Notes under the pieces: generated by a model | Databases searched by the model: none | Told to the model about the DNA's origin: nothing | What the model saw: the letters and a program-made list of their open reading frames with translations, nothing else | Assembly: GCA_964575695.1 (NCBI GenBank) | Contig: CAZNSC010000003.1 | Location: 1 to 56,818 of the forward strand | Direction: 5' to 3' | DNA from: an uncultured Dehalococcoidales bacterium | GTDB lineage: Bacteria; Chloroflexota; Dehalococcoidia; Dehalococcoidales; W111 | DNA length: 56,818 bases | In this document: positions 1 through 8,686 of the stretch, piece after piece | How the letters are laid out: each line of letters begins with the position of its first letter | How positions within the stretch are numbered: position 1 is the stretch's first letter | Translations under genes and position numbers: made by a program

Positions 1-110
1 GATTTGTAACATTTTCGGTAGCGATTTTATAATTTTTCCACAATTCGCCTGCCATAATCTGGGAAGTCGGTTTGAGTTAATGGCAGGCGGAAAGTTCAGG
101 GTTCCCGTGT
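1..110 (+). repeat. Copy 1 of a ~100-nt intergenic promoter/leader element (copy 2 at 1557-1660)
   Basis: About 75% nt identity to 1557-1660. Carries TTGTAA (4-9)-N18-TATAAT (28-33) and a hairpin CGCCTGCCAT (46-55) / ATGGCAGGCG (80-89). May be cut by the window edge. Confidence 0.6.
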
Positions 111-224
111 AGTGTTGGACTGAAAATTGCGGTCATTTCGATAAATAAGAGTCCACAGAGTCAAAGAAACAACAAGAAGGTCACACTATCGTCTGATCCG
201 TCTCCAAGTCAAACTCAATATCGG

Positions 225-428
225 ATGGGGCAACCGCCTTACCGTAGCAACGCAAGGCCATGCTGCATCGAAATATTCGAACTCGATGGCATTCCTCCGT
301 TTAACCAGGATATGGATGGGAAGATGCGGTACCGCCACTACGGGGAGTCCATGAGCGACATCCCTCCAGATGAGAAGATTCCCTCGCTGCTGGATGAAAT
401 GAACGATGAAAGGGAAGACAAGAGATAA
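225..428 (+). CDS. Hypothetical small acidic protein (weak call)
   Basis: 67-aa ORF with plausible codon usage but no clear RBS. The competing antisense ORF 186-440 looks less protein-like. Confidence 0.25.
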   Translation: MGQPPYRSNARPCCIEIFELDGIPPFNQDMDGKMRYRHYGESMSDIPPDEKIPSLLDEMNDEREDKR

Positions 429-966
429 TAAGGTAAGCATAATGGATAATAGTCAACCGAGAAACGATGGCTTGCTCATACGCGATGCTCGTTCTGAAGA
501 GCTGAACGAAGTGTCGCATTTGCTCAGGGAGGCCTATCTGGAATATGAGAATTCTTTTCCGCCTGAACATTGGAAATCATATCTCGACAACATTATGGAC
601 ATACGCAGTCGCCTCGGCGTTTCCGAGTTGATCGTCGCGGAGCTAAACGAGAAAGTGGTGGGCACGGTTACGCTGTACCTAGACTCGTCGCGCTCGCTGC
701 AGGAGGGGTGGCCCAGGGGTTGGGCTAGCATTCGATTACTGGCGGTCCACCCGGCACACCGTGGTCGAGGTATTGGCCGTGCCCTGATGGAGGAGTGTAT
801 TCACCGCTGTCGCCAGCGGAATATTAAGACAATCGGTCTGCATACTGCCGCGATAATGGACATAGCACGCAAGATGTATGAAGGTATGGGGTTTGTCCGT
901 GCGCCGGAGTATGATTTTCACCCCAGACCCGGCACCGTCGTCATGGCTTATCGCCTTCAGTCCTGA
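406..966 (+). CDS. GNAT family N-acetyltransferase
   Basis: Acetyl-CoA-binding region HRGRGIGRALMEE and a typical GNAT length. The true start may be ATG 442. Confidence 0.85.
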   Translation: MKGKTRDNKVSIMDNSQPRNDGLLIRDARSEELNEVSHLLREAYLEYENSFPPEHWKSYLDNIMDIRSRLGVSELIVAELNEKVVGTVTLYLDSSRSLQEGWPRGWASIRLLAVHPAHRGRGIGRALMEECIHRCRQRNIKTIGLHTAAIMDIARKMYEGMGFVRAPEYDFHPRPGTVVMAYRLQS

Positions 967-1034
967 AAGACTCATGGGGTGAGCACAAGAATAATCAGCA
1001 AAATAGAAAAACAAATTCCAAGAGGAGGGGAACG

Positions 1035-1499
1035 ATGTACAAGAAGATATTGGTACCACTGGATGGCTCTGAGTTCTCAGAATGCAGTCTGGAGCATGTG
1101 AAGACAATAGCCTCCGGCTGCCGCGTTCCGGAAACAGTCTTACTCCGGGTGGTCGAGCCTTTATCCGCGGAAACTGTCTCGGCACTTGCCATAGCGGGGG
1201 ATGACCTGTTGCGCAAAGCAGAACTGGGTAGTCAAGCCGAGGCTAGGGACTATATGATTAAGATCAAAAACAAAATCGAAAATGGTTTGGCAGTGGAGGC
1301 AGTTGTTGTCGATGGCAGAGCGGCTGAAGAGATTTTGAACTATGCCCAAAACAATAAAGTGGATCTCATCGTGATGACCACTCATGGTAAAACTGGAATT
1401 TCCCGGTGGTTCTTTGGCAGCGTGGCCCAGAAAGTCCTGCAGCATTCTGTGGCTCCGGTACTTATGATATCGCCGCCCGGCTGCAGAACCAGTGCGTGA
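1035..1499 (+). CDS. Universal stress protein (UspA family)
   Basis: N-terminal KKILVPLDGSE and C-terminal HGKTGISRWFFGSVAQKV ATP-binding motif. GAGGAGGGG RBS upstream. Confidence 0.9.
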   Translation: MYKKILVPLDGSEFSECSLEHVKTIASGCRVPETVLLRVVEPLSAETVSALAIAGDDLLRKAELGSQAEARDYMIKIKNKIENGLAVEAVVVDGRAAEEILNYAQNNKVDLIVMTTHGKTGISRWFFGSVAQKVLQHSVAPVLMISPPGCRTSA

Positions 1500-1556
1500 G
1501 GGGCATATTATCAGCTTTCGCAGGTAATAAGAAGTTCAATCATCTCCCAAACGTCA

Positions 1557-1660
1557 TAATTTTGTAATTTTTTTGATAGCGGTTTTATGACTTTTTCACA
1601 CTTCATCTGCCATAATCCTGGAAGACTGGATAAATTCAATAAACAGATGAGTTGCCCGAT
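1557..1660 (+). repeat. Copy 2 of the promoter/leader element
   Basis: TTGTAA (1562-1567)-N18-TATGAC (1586-1591) and hairpin TCATCTG (1603-1609) / CAGATGA (1644-1650). Lies directly upstream of the ABC exporter genes. Confidence 0.6.
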
Positions 1661-1700
1661 TAAATCAGACACGTCTATTGAGCTGTAGGCATGCTCAGAC

Positions 1701-2720
1701 ATGGTTCACGGCGAAGTCATTGATATGGATACACAGACGGATAACATTAGCCCCGTCAGTAACCAGGCTGTATTCGACGAGGTCATTTGCTGCGAGCAAC
1801 TGTCCAAGCGCTACTCAGCCGGTAATATACTGGCTGTGGACCGGCTCGATTTACGGGTACATCGCGGAGAAATCTTCGGGTTACTCGGTCCTAACGGTGC
1901 GGGTAAGACGACGACTGTCGGGATGCTCACCACGCTGGTAGTCCCGACAAGCGGCAAGGCCATCGTGGCCGGTATCGACGTAATCGCTCATCCGGCGCTC
2001 GTCAAGCAGGTGATCGGTGTTGTGGCTCAGACGAATAACCTTGACCGCGCCTTAACTGTCTGGGAGAACCTCTACTATCATGGCCGTTTTTTCGGGATGA
2101 GCACCAGAGAGAGCCGTGAAGCGGCGGACAGGTTTCTGGTGGACTTCCGCCTTACCGAACGTGCCAAAGCGGATGTGGCTGCCATTTCCGGAGGCATGGC
2201 GAAACGTCTCCAGGTGGCGCGTGCACTGTTGCACCGCCCTTCAGTCCTCTTTCTCGATGAGCCTACGGCTGGCCTTGACCCACAGAGCCGCCTGGCCCTA
2301 TGGGAGATCCTCGGTAAGCTGCACGATGAAGGACAGACTATCCTGTTAACAACACATTATATGGAGGAGGCAGATTCGGTCTGCGACCGGATAGCTATTA
2401 TGGACCATGGCCGTATCCTCGCCATGGATACCCCAAAGAATTTAAAGGAATCGGTCGGCGCGGACAGCATCGTAACCGTGTCGACAACCGGTGACTTAGA
2501 TGCTCTCGCCCGGCTCCTTCGAGACCAGGTCGAAGGGGCGACCGAGAGCCGGCGACTCGATAACACCATCCAGCTCCACATCAAAGGCACAACAGGCGTA
2601 CTGCCCAGGGTAATTGCCGTCGCGGAACAGAGAGGCTTCAATATCACTGATTTATCTGTGGCCGAGCCTAGCCTCGAAACTGTCTTTATCAACCTTACCG
2701 GAAGAGAGCTGCGCGACTGA
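1701..2720 (+). CDS. ABC transporter ATP-binding protein (ABC-2/DrrA-type exporter)
   Basis: Walker A GPNGAGKTT, signature SGGMAKR, Walker B VLFLDEPTAGLD. Start is 1701 or 1725. Confidence 0.95.
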   Translation: MVHGEVIDMDTQTDNISPVSNQAVFDEVICCEQLSKRYSAGNILAVDRLDLRVHRGEIFGLLGPNGAGKTTTVGMLTTLVVPTSGKAIVAGIDVIAHPALVKQVIGVVAQTNNLDRALTVWENLYYHGRFFGMSTRESREAADRFLVDFRLTERAKADVAAISGGMAKRLQVARALLHRPSVLFLDEPTAGLDPQSRLALWEILGKLHDEGQTILLTTHYMEEADSVCDRIAIMDHGRILAMDTPKNLKESVGADSIVTVSTTGDLDALARLLRDQVEGATESRRLDNTIQLHIKGTTGVLPRVIAVAEQRGFNITDLSVAEPSLETVFINLTGRELRD

Positions 2721-3592
2721 TGAGCACCATGGCTGCTACACCAAGCGTTCAAACACCGAGGCCTGCTCGGTCAGCAACTGCTGCCAGCCGTGCCGCCTTC
2801 AATGCCCTGCTGCTGCGTGACCTCACCGTACTGAGAAAGAATCTGGGTGTCTTCATCGCCCGCACCCTTATCCAGCCCTTTCTCCTGGTCTTTGTTTTCC
2901 TCTACGTATTTCCTCAGATTGGTGAGGGTGTGGGCGCAAGCTCGGCAGGTGGACTATCGTCTTTTGCGACCGTATTGGTGGCCGGCGTTGTGGGCTTGTC
3001 CATTATGTTCCAGGGAATTCAGGCAGTGGCGTTGCCTCTTGCCAACGAGTTCGGCTACACGAAAGAGATTGAAGACCGGGTGCTCGCACCCCTGCCAGTA
3101 TCGCTCGTGGCCATCGGCAAGGTAGTTGCCGGGGCCGTCCAGGGCCTCATCGCCGCGGCGATTGTGTTCCCGATTGCCGCGGTTGTCCATGCCAAGGGTG
3201 TGCAGCCCAACCTTTCGGTGCACTGGGTGCTTTTGCTTACACTCATCCCGCTAACCTGTATCATGACCTCCGGTCTTGGTCTGTTCCTGGGGACTCGTAT
3301 TTCACCACGCGACATTGGCATCATGTTCGGGTTCATAGTTTTACCCATAACCTTCCTCGGCGGCACTTATTACCCGTGGACAACTCTGGCCGCTATCAAG
3401 GTCGGGGGATTCTCCTGGCTGCAGGCATTGGTCTGCATTAACCCGCTCATCTATGTGACTGAGGGCTTTCGCGCGGCACTGACCACAGCACCGCACATGC
3501 CGCTATATGTGGTTTACCCTGTTCTCTCAGTATTCTGTGTCATGTTCCTCTGGGCTGGTTGCCGTGGCTTCCATAGGAGGGTTATAAGCTAG
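2720..3592 (+). CDS. ABC-2 type transporter permease
   Basis: ATGA stop/start overlap with the ATPase gene. Multiple hydrophobic TM segments and typical ABC-2 length (290 aa). Confidence 0.85.
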   Translation: MSTMAATPSVQTPRPARSATAASRAAFNALLLRDLTVLRKNLGVFIARTLIQPFLLVFVFLYVFPQIGEGVGASSAGGLSSFATVLVAGVVGLSIMFQGIQAVALPLANEFGYTKEIEDRVLAPLPVSLVAIGKVVAGAVQGLIAAAIVFPIAAVVHAKGVQPNLSVHWVLLLTLIPLTCIMTSGLGLFLGTRISPRDIGIMFGFIVLPITFLGGTYYPWTTLAAIKVGGFSWLQALVCINPLIYVTEGFRAALTTAPHMPLYVVYPVLSVFCVMFLWAGCRGFHRRVIS

Positions 3593-3677
3593 TCCCTTCG
3601 GACGCTTACAACGAGCGTAGATAATTATGATGCACAATAATTCAACAGGAGAGAATATAAATTCAAGGGGGTCTAAA

Positions 3678-3899
3678 ATGTCAGGTTGGGTCAAGTATCT
3701 GGTATACATCATGTCATTCTTTATTCCGCCCGTAGGTGTCATCACATTCTGGGTTTTCTTGGGAAGAGGTGAAGAGCTTGAAGATGTCGCCAAACGGTCT
3801 TTCCTGGCCGCTTTCGTCGGTGCCGTGCTTTGCATTATCGTTGTCGCTGCCCTCGGGGCCACACATCGCATGTACTGGCCAGGGATGGGCAGGTGGTAA
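3678..3899 (+). CDS. Small membrane protein
   Basis: ATG 3678 follows AAGGGGG. Two hydrophobic segments. No recognisable family. Confidence 0.45.
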   Translation: MSGWVKYLVYIMSFFIPPVGVITFWVFLGRGEELEDVAKRSFLAAFVGAVLCIIVVAALGATHRMYWPGMGRW

Positions 3900-3944
3900 G
3901 CGAAGTCTACGTCTTGGCAAATCCCCGGAAGAAGGAGACTAACT

Positions 3945-4721
3945 ATGAAGAGGCATAAATACCTGCTTTCTTGTCTCGTTATTATCACGTGTATCATCTC
4001 ACTGGTTGGTTGCACTGCGCCCATCTCCAATCCTCAGACCCCTAGCCAGGCACCCCCACAAAGCAGTGTCCCGGCTCCACAGCCAGGTGAAGTACTGGTT
4101 GCCCTGCCCAGCTTTGCCGATTTGACCGACCTCGTCAAGCAATCAGTAGTGGCCGTTAACACCGAAACCGTCGTTCGTAGCAGGTTTGTTCGGGGTACGG
4201 TACAGGGTGCCGGCTCCGGCTGGGTTATTGACGGAAGCGGTATCATCGTGACCAATAATCACGTTGTTGAAGGGGCGCAAACCATTACGGTGCAGCTCGA
4301 AGATGGCACTACTTATAGTCCAGTAGATATAAAGACAGACCCTGCCACCGACATTGCGATACTCAGAATAGACGCCGGACAGTTGCCGGCACTTGAAGTC
4401 GGTGATGTCTCAAAGCTAAGGGTTGGCGACTGGGTGGTGGCCGTGGGGAATGCTCTCGGGCTCGGGATAAGTGTTAAAGACGGTATCGTCAGCCGCCTTG
4501 GTGTGAGCATACAAATGTCTTCGAGTGAAACATACTCCAACCTTATTGAAACCAATGCCGCCATCAATCCCGGTAACAGTGGCGGCCCGCTGGTCAACTT
4601 GGCAGGAGAGGTCGTTGGCATTACCAGCCTGAAACTTTCCACGGCGGGCGTAGAAGGGATGGGCTATGCCATAAACATTGGGGATGCAATCCCCGTGATT
4701 CAGAGGCTATCCCAACAATGA
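3945..4721 (+). CDS. Trypsin-like serine protease (S1C/HtrA-like, no PDZ), probable lipoprotein
   Basis: Catalytic triad contexts TNNHVV, DIAILRI and NPGNSGGPLVN. Signal peptide with LVGC lipobox. GGAGA RBS. Confidence 0.9.
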   Translation: MKRHKYLLSCLVIITCIISLVGCTAPISNPQTPSQAPPQSSVPAPQPGEVLVALPSFADLTDLVKQSVVAVNTETVVRSRFVRGTVQGAGSGWVIDGSGIIVTNNHVVEGAQTITVQLEDGTTYSPVDIKTDPATDIAILRIDAGQLPALEVGDVSKLRVGDWVVAVGNALGLGISVKDGIVSRLGVSIQMSSSETYSNLIETNAAINPGNSGGPLVNLAGEVVGITSLKLSTAGVEGMGYAINIGDAIPVIQRLSQQ

Positions 4722-4763
4722 AACTTTGGCAAGCTTCATATCCGAATGCTCAGGTAGATAACA

Positions 4764-5132
4764 ATGGAACATGCCGCGTTAGAAGTTAACAAAGCTGACC
4801 TCCGGTTGAAAACGCTGGCCAGAACCAGTGCCTGGGTCCTGTTAGTTGGTATTATAGTCCTTGTCGTCTCCGGCTGGGGCATTACTCAAACCGGAATAAT
4901 TTACAGTCTGACCGGCGGCCTTGTTGACCGCAGGCTGGCCGATGCTGTCCATCGAGCCACTAATGGGCCGTTGGCTTTCTTCTTCCTGTCGCATGTGCTC
5001 ATCAATATAAAACTAAGGGTATCGCAAAACAACCCATCCAGGGCATGGCTGACCAACACTATTTTGATTGTAATTGGGGCATGCCTAATGGCAATAATTA
5101 TGTACTTGGAATATTTTCGCCTGGGAGGGTAA
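4764..5132 (+). CDS. Membrane protein (3-4 TM) upstream of the Mo-oxidoreductase
   Basis: 122-aa ORF made of hydrophobic helices. Its position suggests a membrane partner of the next gene. Confidence 0.5.
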   Translation: MEHAALEVNKADLRLKTLARTSAWVLLVGIIVLVVSGWGITQTGIIYSLTGGLVDRRLADAVHRATNGPLAFFFLSHVLINIKLRVSQNNPSRAWLTNTILIVIGACLMAIIMYLEYFRLGG

Positions 5133-5803
5133 GCATAAAGATTAAATTTGTAGTAATAACGGCTATATTAGCCATCATCCCGGTTCTTATGTTGTCATGC
5201 AGTAAGCCGCCTTCGACACTACCCACCAGCGAAGTGGAAGCTACTGAATTTATGGGTAAAAAGTTGACCCCCATTAGGGAACAGCGCAATAACGCTTTGG
5301 CCGGCACACAGGTTATTGACCGGGGAACCTATAAGCTGGTTGTGGATGGATTGGTGGACCGGCCATTGAGCCTGAGCTATGATGACCTGCTGGCATATCC
5401 GCAAGTATCAAAGCTTATGGACTTAAACTGTGTGGAGGGGTGGAACTTCACGGCTAAATGGACAGGCCCGACTCTTGATTCCATCTTTAATGATGCCGGG
5501 GTAAAACCAGAGGCTAAGATTGCCATATTTCACACAGCTGAAGTACCCCAGGGCTATTCATCCCTGGATTTAAGTTACATCCACACCAATAATATAATCA
5601 TAGCTCTAAAGCTGAACGATATTACGCTGCCTCCAGAAAGGGGGTTCCCTTTCCAGGTAGTTGCCGAGAGCAAATTCGGCTACAAGTGGGCCAAGTGGGT
5701 TACGAGGATAGAGGTATCTGATGACACCAATTTTCGCGGTTACTGGGAGAGTTATGGCTACAATAACAATGCGGACATCAATGGTCCAGCCTTTGAAGAA
5801 TGA
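5045..5803 (+). CDS. Sulfite-oxidase-fold molybdopterin oxidoreductase (YedY/MsrP-like), secreted
   Basis: Oxidoreductase molybdopterin-binding domain features (LNCVEGWNFTAKWTGP, GFPFQVVAESKFGYKWAKWV). The signal peptide KIKFVVITAILAIIPVLMLSC begins near 5135, so the true start is uncertain. Confidence 0.8.
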   Translation: MADQHYFDCNWGMPNGNNYVLGIFSPGRVSIKIKFVVITAILAIIPVLMLSCSKPPSTLPTSEVEATEFMGKKLTPIREQRNNALAGTQVIDRGTYKLVVDGLVDRPLSLSYDDLLAYPQVSKLMDLNCVEGWNFTAKWTGPTLDSIFNDAGVKPEAKIAIFHTAEVPQGYSSLDLSYIHTNNIIIALKLNDITLPPERGFPFQVVAESKFGYKWAKWVTRIEVSDDTNFRGYWESYGYNNNADINGPAFEE

Positions 5804-5858
5804 ACCGGGAAGATGGCGGCCTAGATGCAAATCAGCAGGCCGTTGGTCAACTGACTGA

Positions 5859-5942
5859 AGGAGAGAAGCCCCTTGGGAGATGGCATTTGCCCCTGATGGG
5901 CGTATCTTCCTGACAGAGAGAGCCGGGAAAATGCGCATTTAG
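5859..5942 (+). pseudogene. Short remnant of a PQQ-dependent sugar dehydrogenase-like gene
   Basis: The translation PWEMAFAPDGRIFLTERAGKMRI matches the conserved N-terminal blade motif of soluble glucose/sorbosone dehydrogenases. Only about 27 codons remain open. Confidence 0.35.
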
Positions 5943-6030
5943 TATTAAGTGACCTTTAAAGAAGTGAGAGAAATAAAAAAGCCCTCCTCTGGTTGGGATG
6001 CTTGGGTGTAATCTTAGAAGGCTATTGAAT

Positions 6031-6252
6031 TTACGAACAGAAAACCAAATTGGATAGTTTCGAAATCAGGTTCAAGTAGGCAACCGCAATCTGCTGAGGA
6101 GCATTCACCGTTCGCAAGGCATGTATGATGCCAGATTCGACGGCACCAATAAGCAAGGCAACAGCCTCCGCGCCAGCAATCCATGTACTTAATGCCTGAC
6201 CTGCCGCAGCATGCTCATGGAGTTGTTGAAGTTCGCGAAATGTTAACGACAT
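6031..6252 (-). CDS. Hypothetical protein (73 aa)
   Basis: Strong GAAGGAGG RBS 7 nt upstream of the ATG. Faint resemblance to O-methyltransferase dimerisation domains. Confidence 0.5.
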   Translation of the reverse strand: MSLTFRELQQLHEHAAAGQALSTWIAGAEAVALLIGAVESGIIHALRTVNAPQQIAVAYLNLISKLSNLVFCS

Positions 6253-6330
6253 AATAACCTCCTTCGGCTGCGGTTGACATGCACCGCGTCACGGGAAATA
6301 TCGGTCAATTGAAAACACGGCCGGGCCATC

Positions 6331-6642
6331 TCAATGTTCTGGCATACGCCCAAGAATCAGAGCTAGCACCACAGACACAACAACACCACCCAGAATTAGC
6401 ATTAGTGTATCTAGGCTAAATCCAAACTGGAACTTACCAACACCAAAAACCAACGCGTACCCAATAAGGAAGTTGACCACTCCCCAGATAACGTTGAGCA
6501 CCGGTGATGATTCTCCCTTAACCATAGGCCTGGAAAAAGGGGTTGGGAACTTCTTCCCCGATATGCCGTGTATGAAGTGGGGTATTCCGTTGGTAAGGAA
6601 GCCACCGGCAAAGAAATAGGCCAGAGAGGCATACCAGGTCAT
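6331..6642 (-). CDS. Small membrane protein (3 TM)
   Basis: AGGAGG lies 5 nt upstream of ATG 6642. Hydrophobic throughout. Confidence 0.6.
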   Translation of the reverse strand: MTWYASLAYFFAGGFLTNGIPHFIHGISGKKFPTPFSRPMVKGESSPVLNVIWGVVNFLIGYALVFGVGKFQFGFSLDTLMLILGGVVVSVVLALILGRMPEH

Positions 6643-6659
6643 GTTCACCTCCTATGGCT

Positions 6660-7286
6660 TTACAGGTCTTGTTTTAAGGACACCACAGCCCACTTTTCTT
6701 GGAAACTCCCCCCTCGTTCGACTCTGAATCCTTCAAGTATCTTCTCCCACTCCGCTTGGTCTACATAACCCAGAGGAGGCCCAGCACCCAGGCTAAGGTA
6801 TGCCTGTCCACTTGACTTGAGGATACGCTTCATTTCTTTTACAGACAACTGTCTGTCGTCAGCCATAGATCACAATAGGCCATTGGCAAGAATGAAGTCA
6901 ACCGACCTGTCTTTTATAAAGCTCACGTCGGAGGCAGATGAAGCATGTGCTTCGATGTTGCGGTAACCACCTTTACCTGCTCTTTTCTCTAGCGTTCGGA
7001 TACTCGTTTTGCCCAGATCAACCGCATAGACCTTTCCTTCGGGACCAACGAGTTCAGCCAAAGGGAGCGTATAGTAACCTGAGCCGCAACCAAGGTCAGC
7101 AACCACCTGCCCTTTCTTGACGTAGGGTCCGATAAGTCTTTGAGGGGGTTCAAACAGCCTTCTGATTGGGTTCAGAATCGCTGGAATCGATGGTCGTCTC
7201 CTCATTAATAACCAGCGTGACGCCGTCGACTTTGTTTGGTCTTTGGGCTGTTTCTTTCCCCCAGGTTCATGTTTTTCTTTGCCCAT
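6660..7286 (-). CDS. Class I SAM-dependent methyltransferase interrupted by one in-frame TGA (selenocysteine candidate or pseudogene)
   Basis: ORFs 6870-7286 (motif I DLGCGSGY) and 6660-6866 are in the same frame, separated by TGA (6870-6872) plus one codon. Paralog of 15626-16177. Hairpin at 6841-6856. Confidence 0.7.
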
Positions 7287-7519
7287 ATCTATTTTCTAAA
7301 CCTCCTTTATCCTGATTTATGTGTGCCCTGGTAAATACTATAATCCTGATTATTTCTTTTTTGTTATTTAATGGTTGTTGCCTAGTTAGAGTTGGTATTC
7401 AATTATAGCTCTGAGATGATAAAAGCATAATAAAAAGCTCCTATATTTCGGTGGTATTTTTACCTCTATGTTTCTAATAGAAAAGACCTTACCAAATCTT
7501 CTGATTGCATCTTGCAACT

Positions 7520-7720
7520 CTATTTCTTGCTTTCCAAAGAGATTCTTATCATCAGCACCTCATGGCAGGTTACGATGAGTAAATCGATAAGAGCCAATAG
7601 AAACCACATAATAGGTGTGAAGCCGCCGAACGTTAAGTTCAAAGCTGCGGTAACAATGCCGACAATAGTCAAAACAGCCACCAGAATACGAGGAAAATCC
7701 CACCTTAATTGATACTTCAT
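7520..7720 (-). CDS. Small membrane protein (66 aa)
   Basis: AAGGGGGTG RBS and two TM helices. Confidence 0.55.
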   Translation of the reverse strand: MKYQLRWDFPRILVAVLTIVGIVTAALNLTFGGFTPIMWFLLALIDLLIVTCHEVLMIRISLESKK

Positions 7721-7857
7721 GGCTACACCCCCTTAATTTTTAATATAAGCTGCACCAGAACTTTGTCACTCTTTCGAACTCGTCCCCGGATTCAAGGATT
7801 GAGTACTTAGTGTCGATCAGCCTAGACTTGCATCCTCAAACCAAGGTAGGCTCATTC

Positions 7858-8100
7858 TCATTGCGCTTCCTTTCGATCAGGTTGGACAATATGGACAGAT
7901 AGCAGTGGCAGGCCCAAGTCGCGGATTTTTATTAATAGACCATGCGATGCCGCTTGGTCAATAACAGGGCCGCACAAAACAGTCTTCCCTCCGGGTAGAT
8001 TCCGAATTTCCATGCCGTTGAACCACTCGGACCAGTGCCCGTCAAGATGACCCCTCACCGCAATTTCATATCGCGTTATCTGGCTATTGTTTACGCTCAC
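7858..8100 (-). CDS. Conserved hypothetical small protein
   Basis: 80 aa with pattern YEIAVRGHLDGHWSEWF...DQAASHGLLIKIRDLGLPLLSV. This pattern recurs in uncharacterised small proteins of Actinobacteria and Chloroflexi. GTG start. Confidence 0.6.
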   Translation of the reverse strand: MSVNNSQITRYEIAVRGHLDGHWSEWFNGMEIRNLPGGKTVLCGPVIDQAASHGLLIKIRDLGLPLLSVHIVQPDRKEAQ

Positions 8101-8223
8101 TACTGTCCTTCCGATTTGGCAATCTTATCTTACCTGGGTCTATTTTACAAATCGGACGGATTGAGCGGCATCCATCTAAGGATCGATTTAGAGGATTATA
8201 TTTAAGACGGTCGAAGGCTTCAT

Positions 8224-8409
8224 TTAGAGGAGATTCAAGGACGTGGCCCGTTTGATTGCCTGAGCACGATTGCGGACACCCAGCTTAGCATAGATATTAT
8301 GAGCATGGGTCTTAATTGTACTCACTGTGAGTACAAGCTTTCTCGCAATTTCTTCGTTGGATAGGTCGTCAGCAAGCAAGCGCAACACTTCAAGTTCACG
8401 CTCAGTCAT
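8224..8409 (-). CDS. Stand-alone LuxR/GerE-type HTH protein (61 aa)
   Basis: TERELEVLRLLADDLSNEEIARKLVLTVSTIKTHAHNIYAKLGV is a canonical GerE HTH. I take ATG 8409 as the start because the upstream part overlaps the preceding ORF. Confidence 0.75.
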   Translation of the reverse strand: MTERELEVLRLLADDLSNEEIARKLVLTVSTIKTHAHNIYAKLGVRNRAQAIKRATSLNLL

Positions 8410-8417
8410 GGGTTCGA

Positions 8418-8684
8418 TTAAAGGCTGGTAGGCGAGTGTCCATAAATCACGAACTTGACCACCTTGCCCTTTACCAGCCATTTCTCAGACTCCGCCCTTA
8501 GCTTTCCAAAATCCGTGGTCTGTAGAAAAAGCCTCAAAATCTCAAGTCTCTCTTCGAGCTCTTTGCTTGTTTCTCTTGGAGCAAGGAGTTGCTTTAAGGT
8601 ATCTTCATATTTTCTTCCGGCTACCGTTTCAATATAGTGAGAGAGGTCCGGAACCAGTTCAATCTGCAGCATCTCACGCCTCAT
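8418..8684 (-). CDS. Hypothetical protein, paralog of 14950-15243
   Basis: About 40% identity over 41 aa (LEILRLFLQTTDFGKLRAESEKWLVKGKVV vs FEMLVSFLKSPESQKLRDESERYLAEGKQV). Starts 2 nt after the upstream stop. Confidence 0.55.
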   Translation of the reverse strand: MRREMLQIELVPDLSHYIETVAGRKYEDTLKQLLAPRETSKELEERLEILRLFLQTTDFGKLRAESEKWLVKGKVVKFVIYGHSPTSL

Positions 8685-8686
8685 GA

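Noticed and set aside
1511-1702. 63-aa minus-strand ORF covering repeat copy 2. A similar reading frame exists in copy 1 (LPRLWQANCGKIIKSLPKMLQ vs LPGLWQMKCEKVIKPLSKKLQ).
   Set aside because: Protein identity (~59%) is lower than nucleotide identity (~75%), so there is no sign of purifying selection on that frame. Paired compensatory changes fit a structured non-coding element better.
6870-6872. The idea that TGA is reassigned genome-wide (genetic code 4 or 25), raised because two in-frame TGAs were seen (here and at 48833-48835).
   Set aside because: Many well-supported genes in the window terminate at TGA at family-typical lengths, for example the GNAT gene at 966, the ABC ATPase at 2720 with an ATGA overlap, and the MinD-like gene at 14448. 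TGA is therefore a normal stop here.
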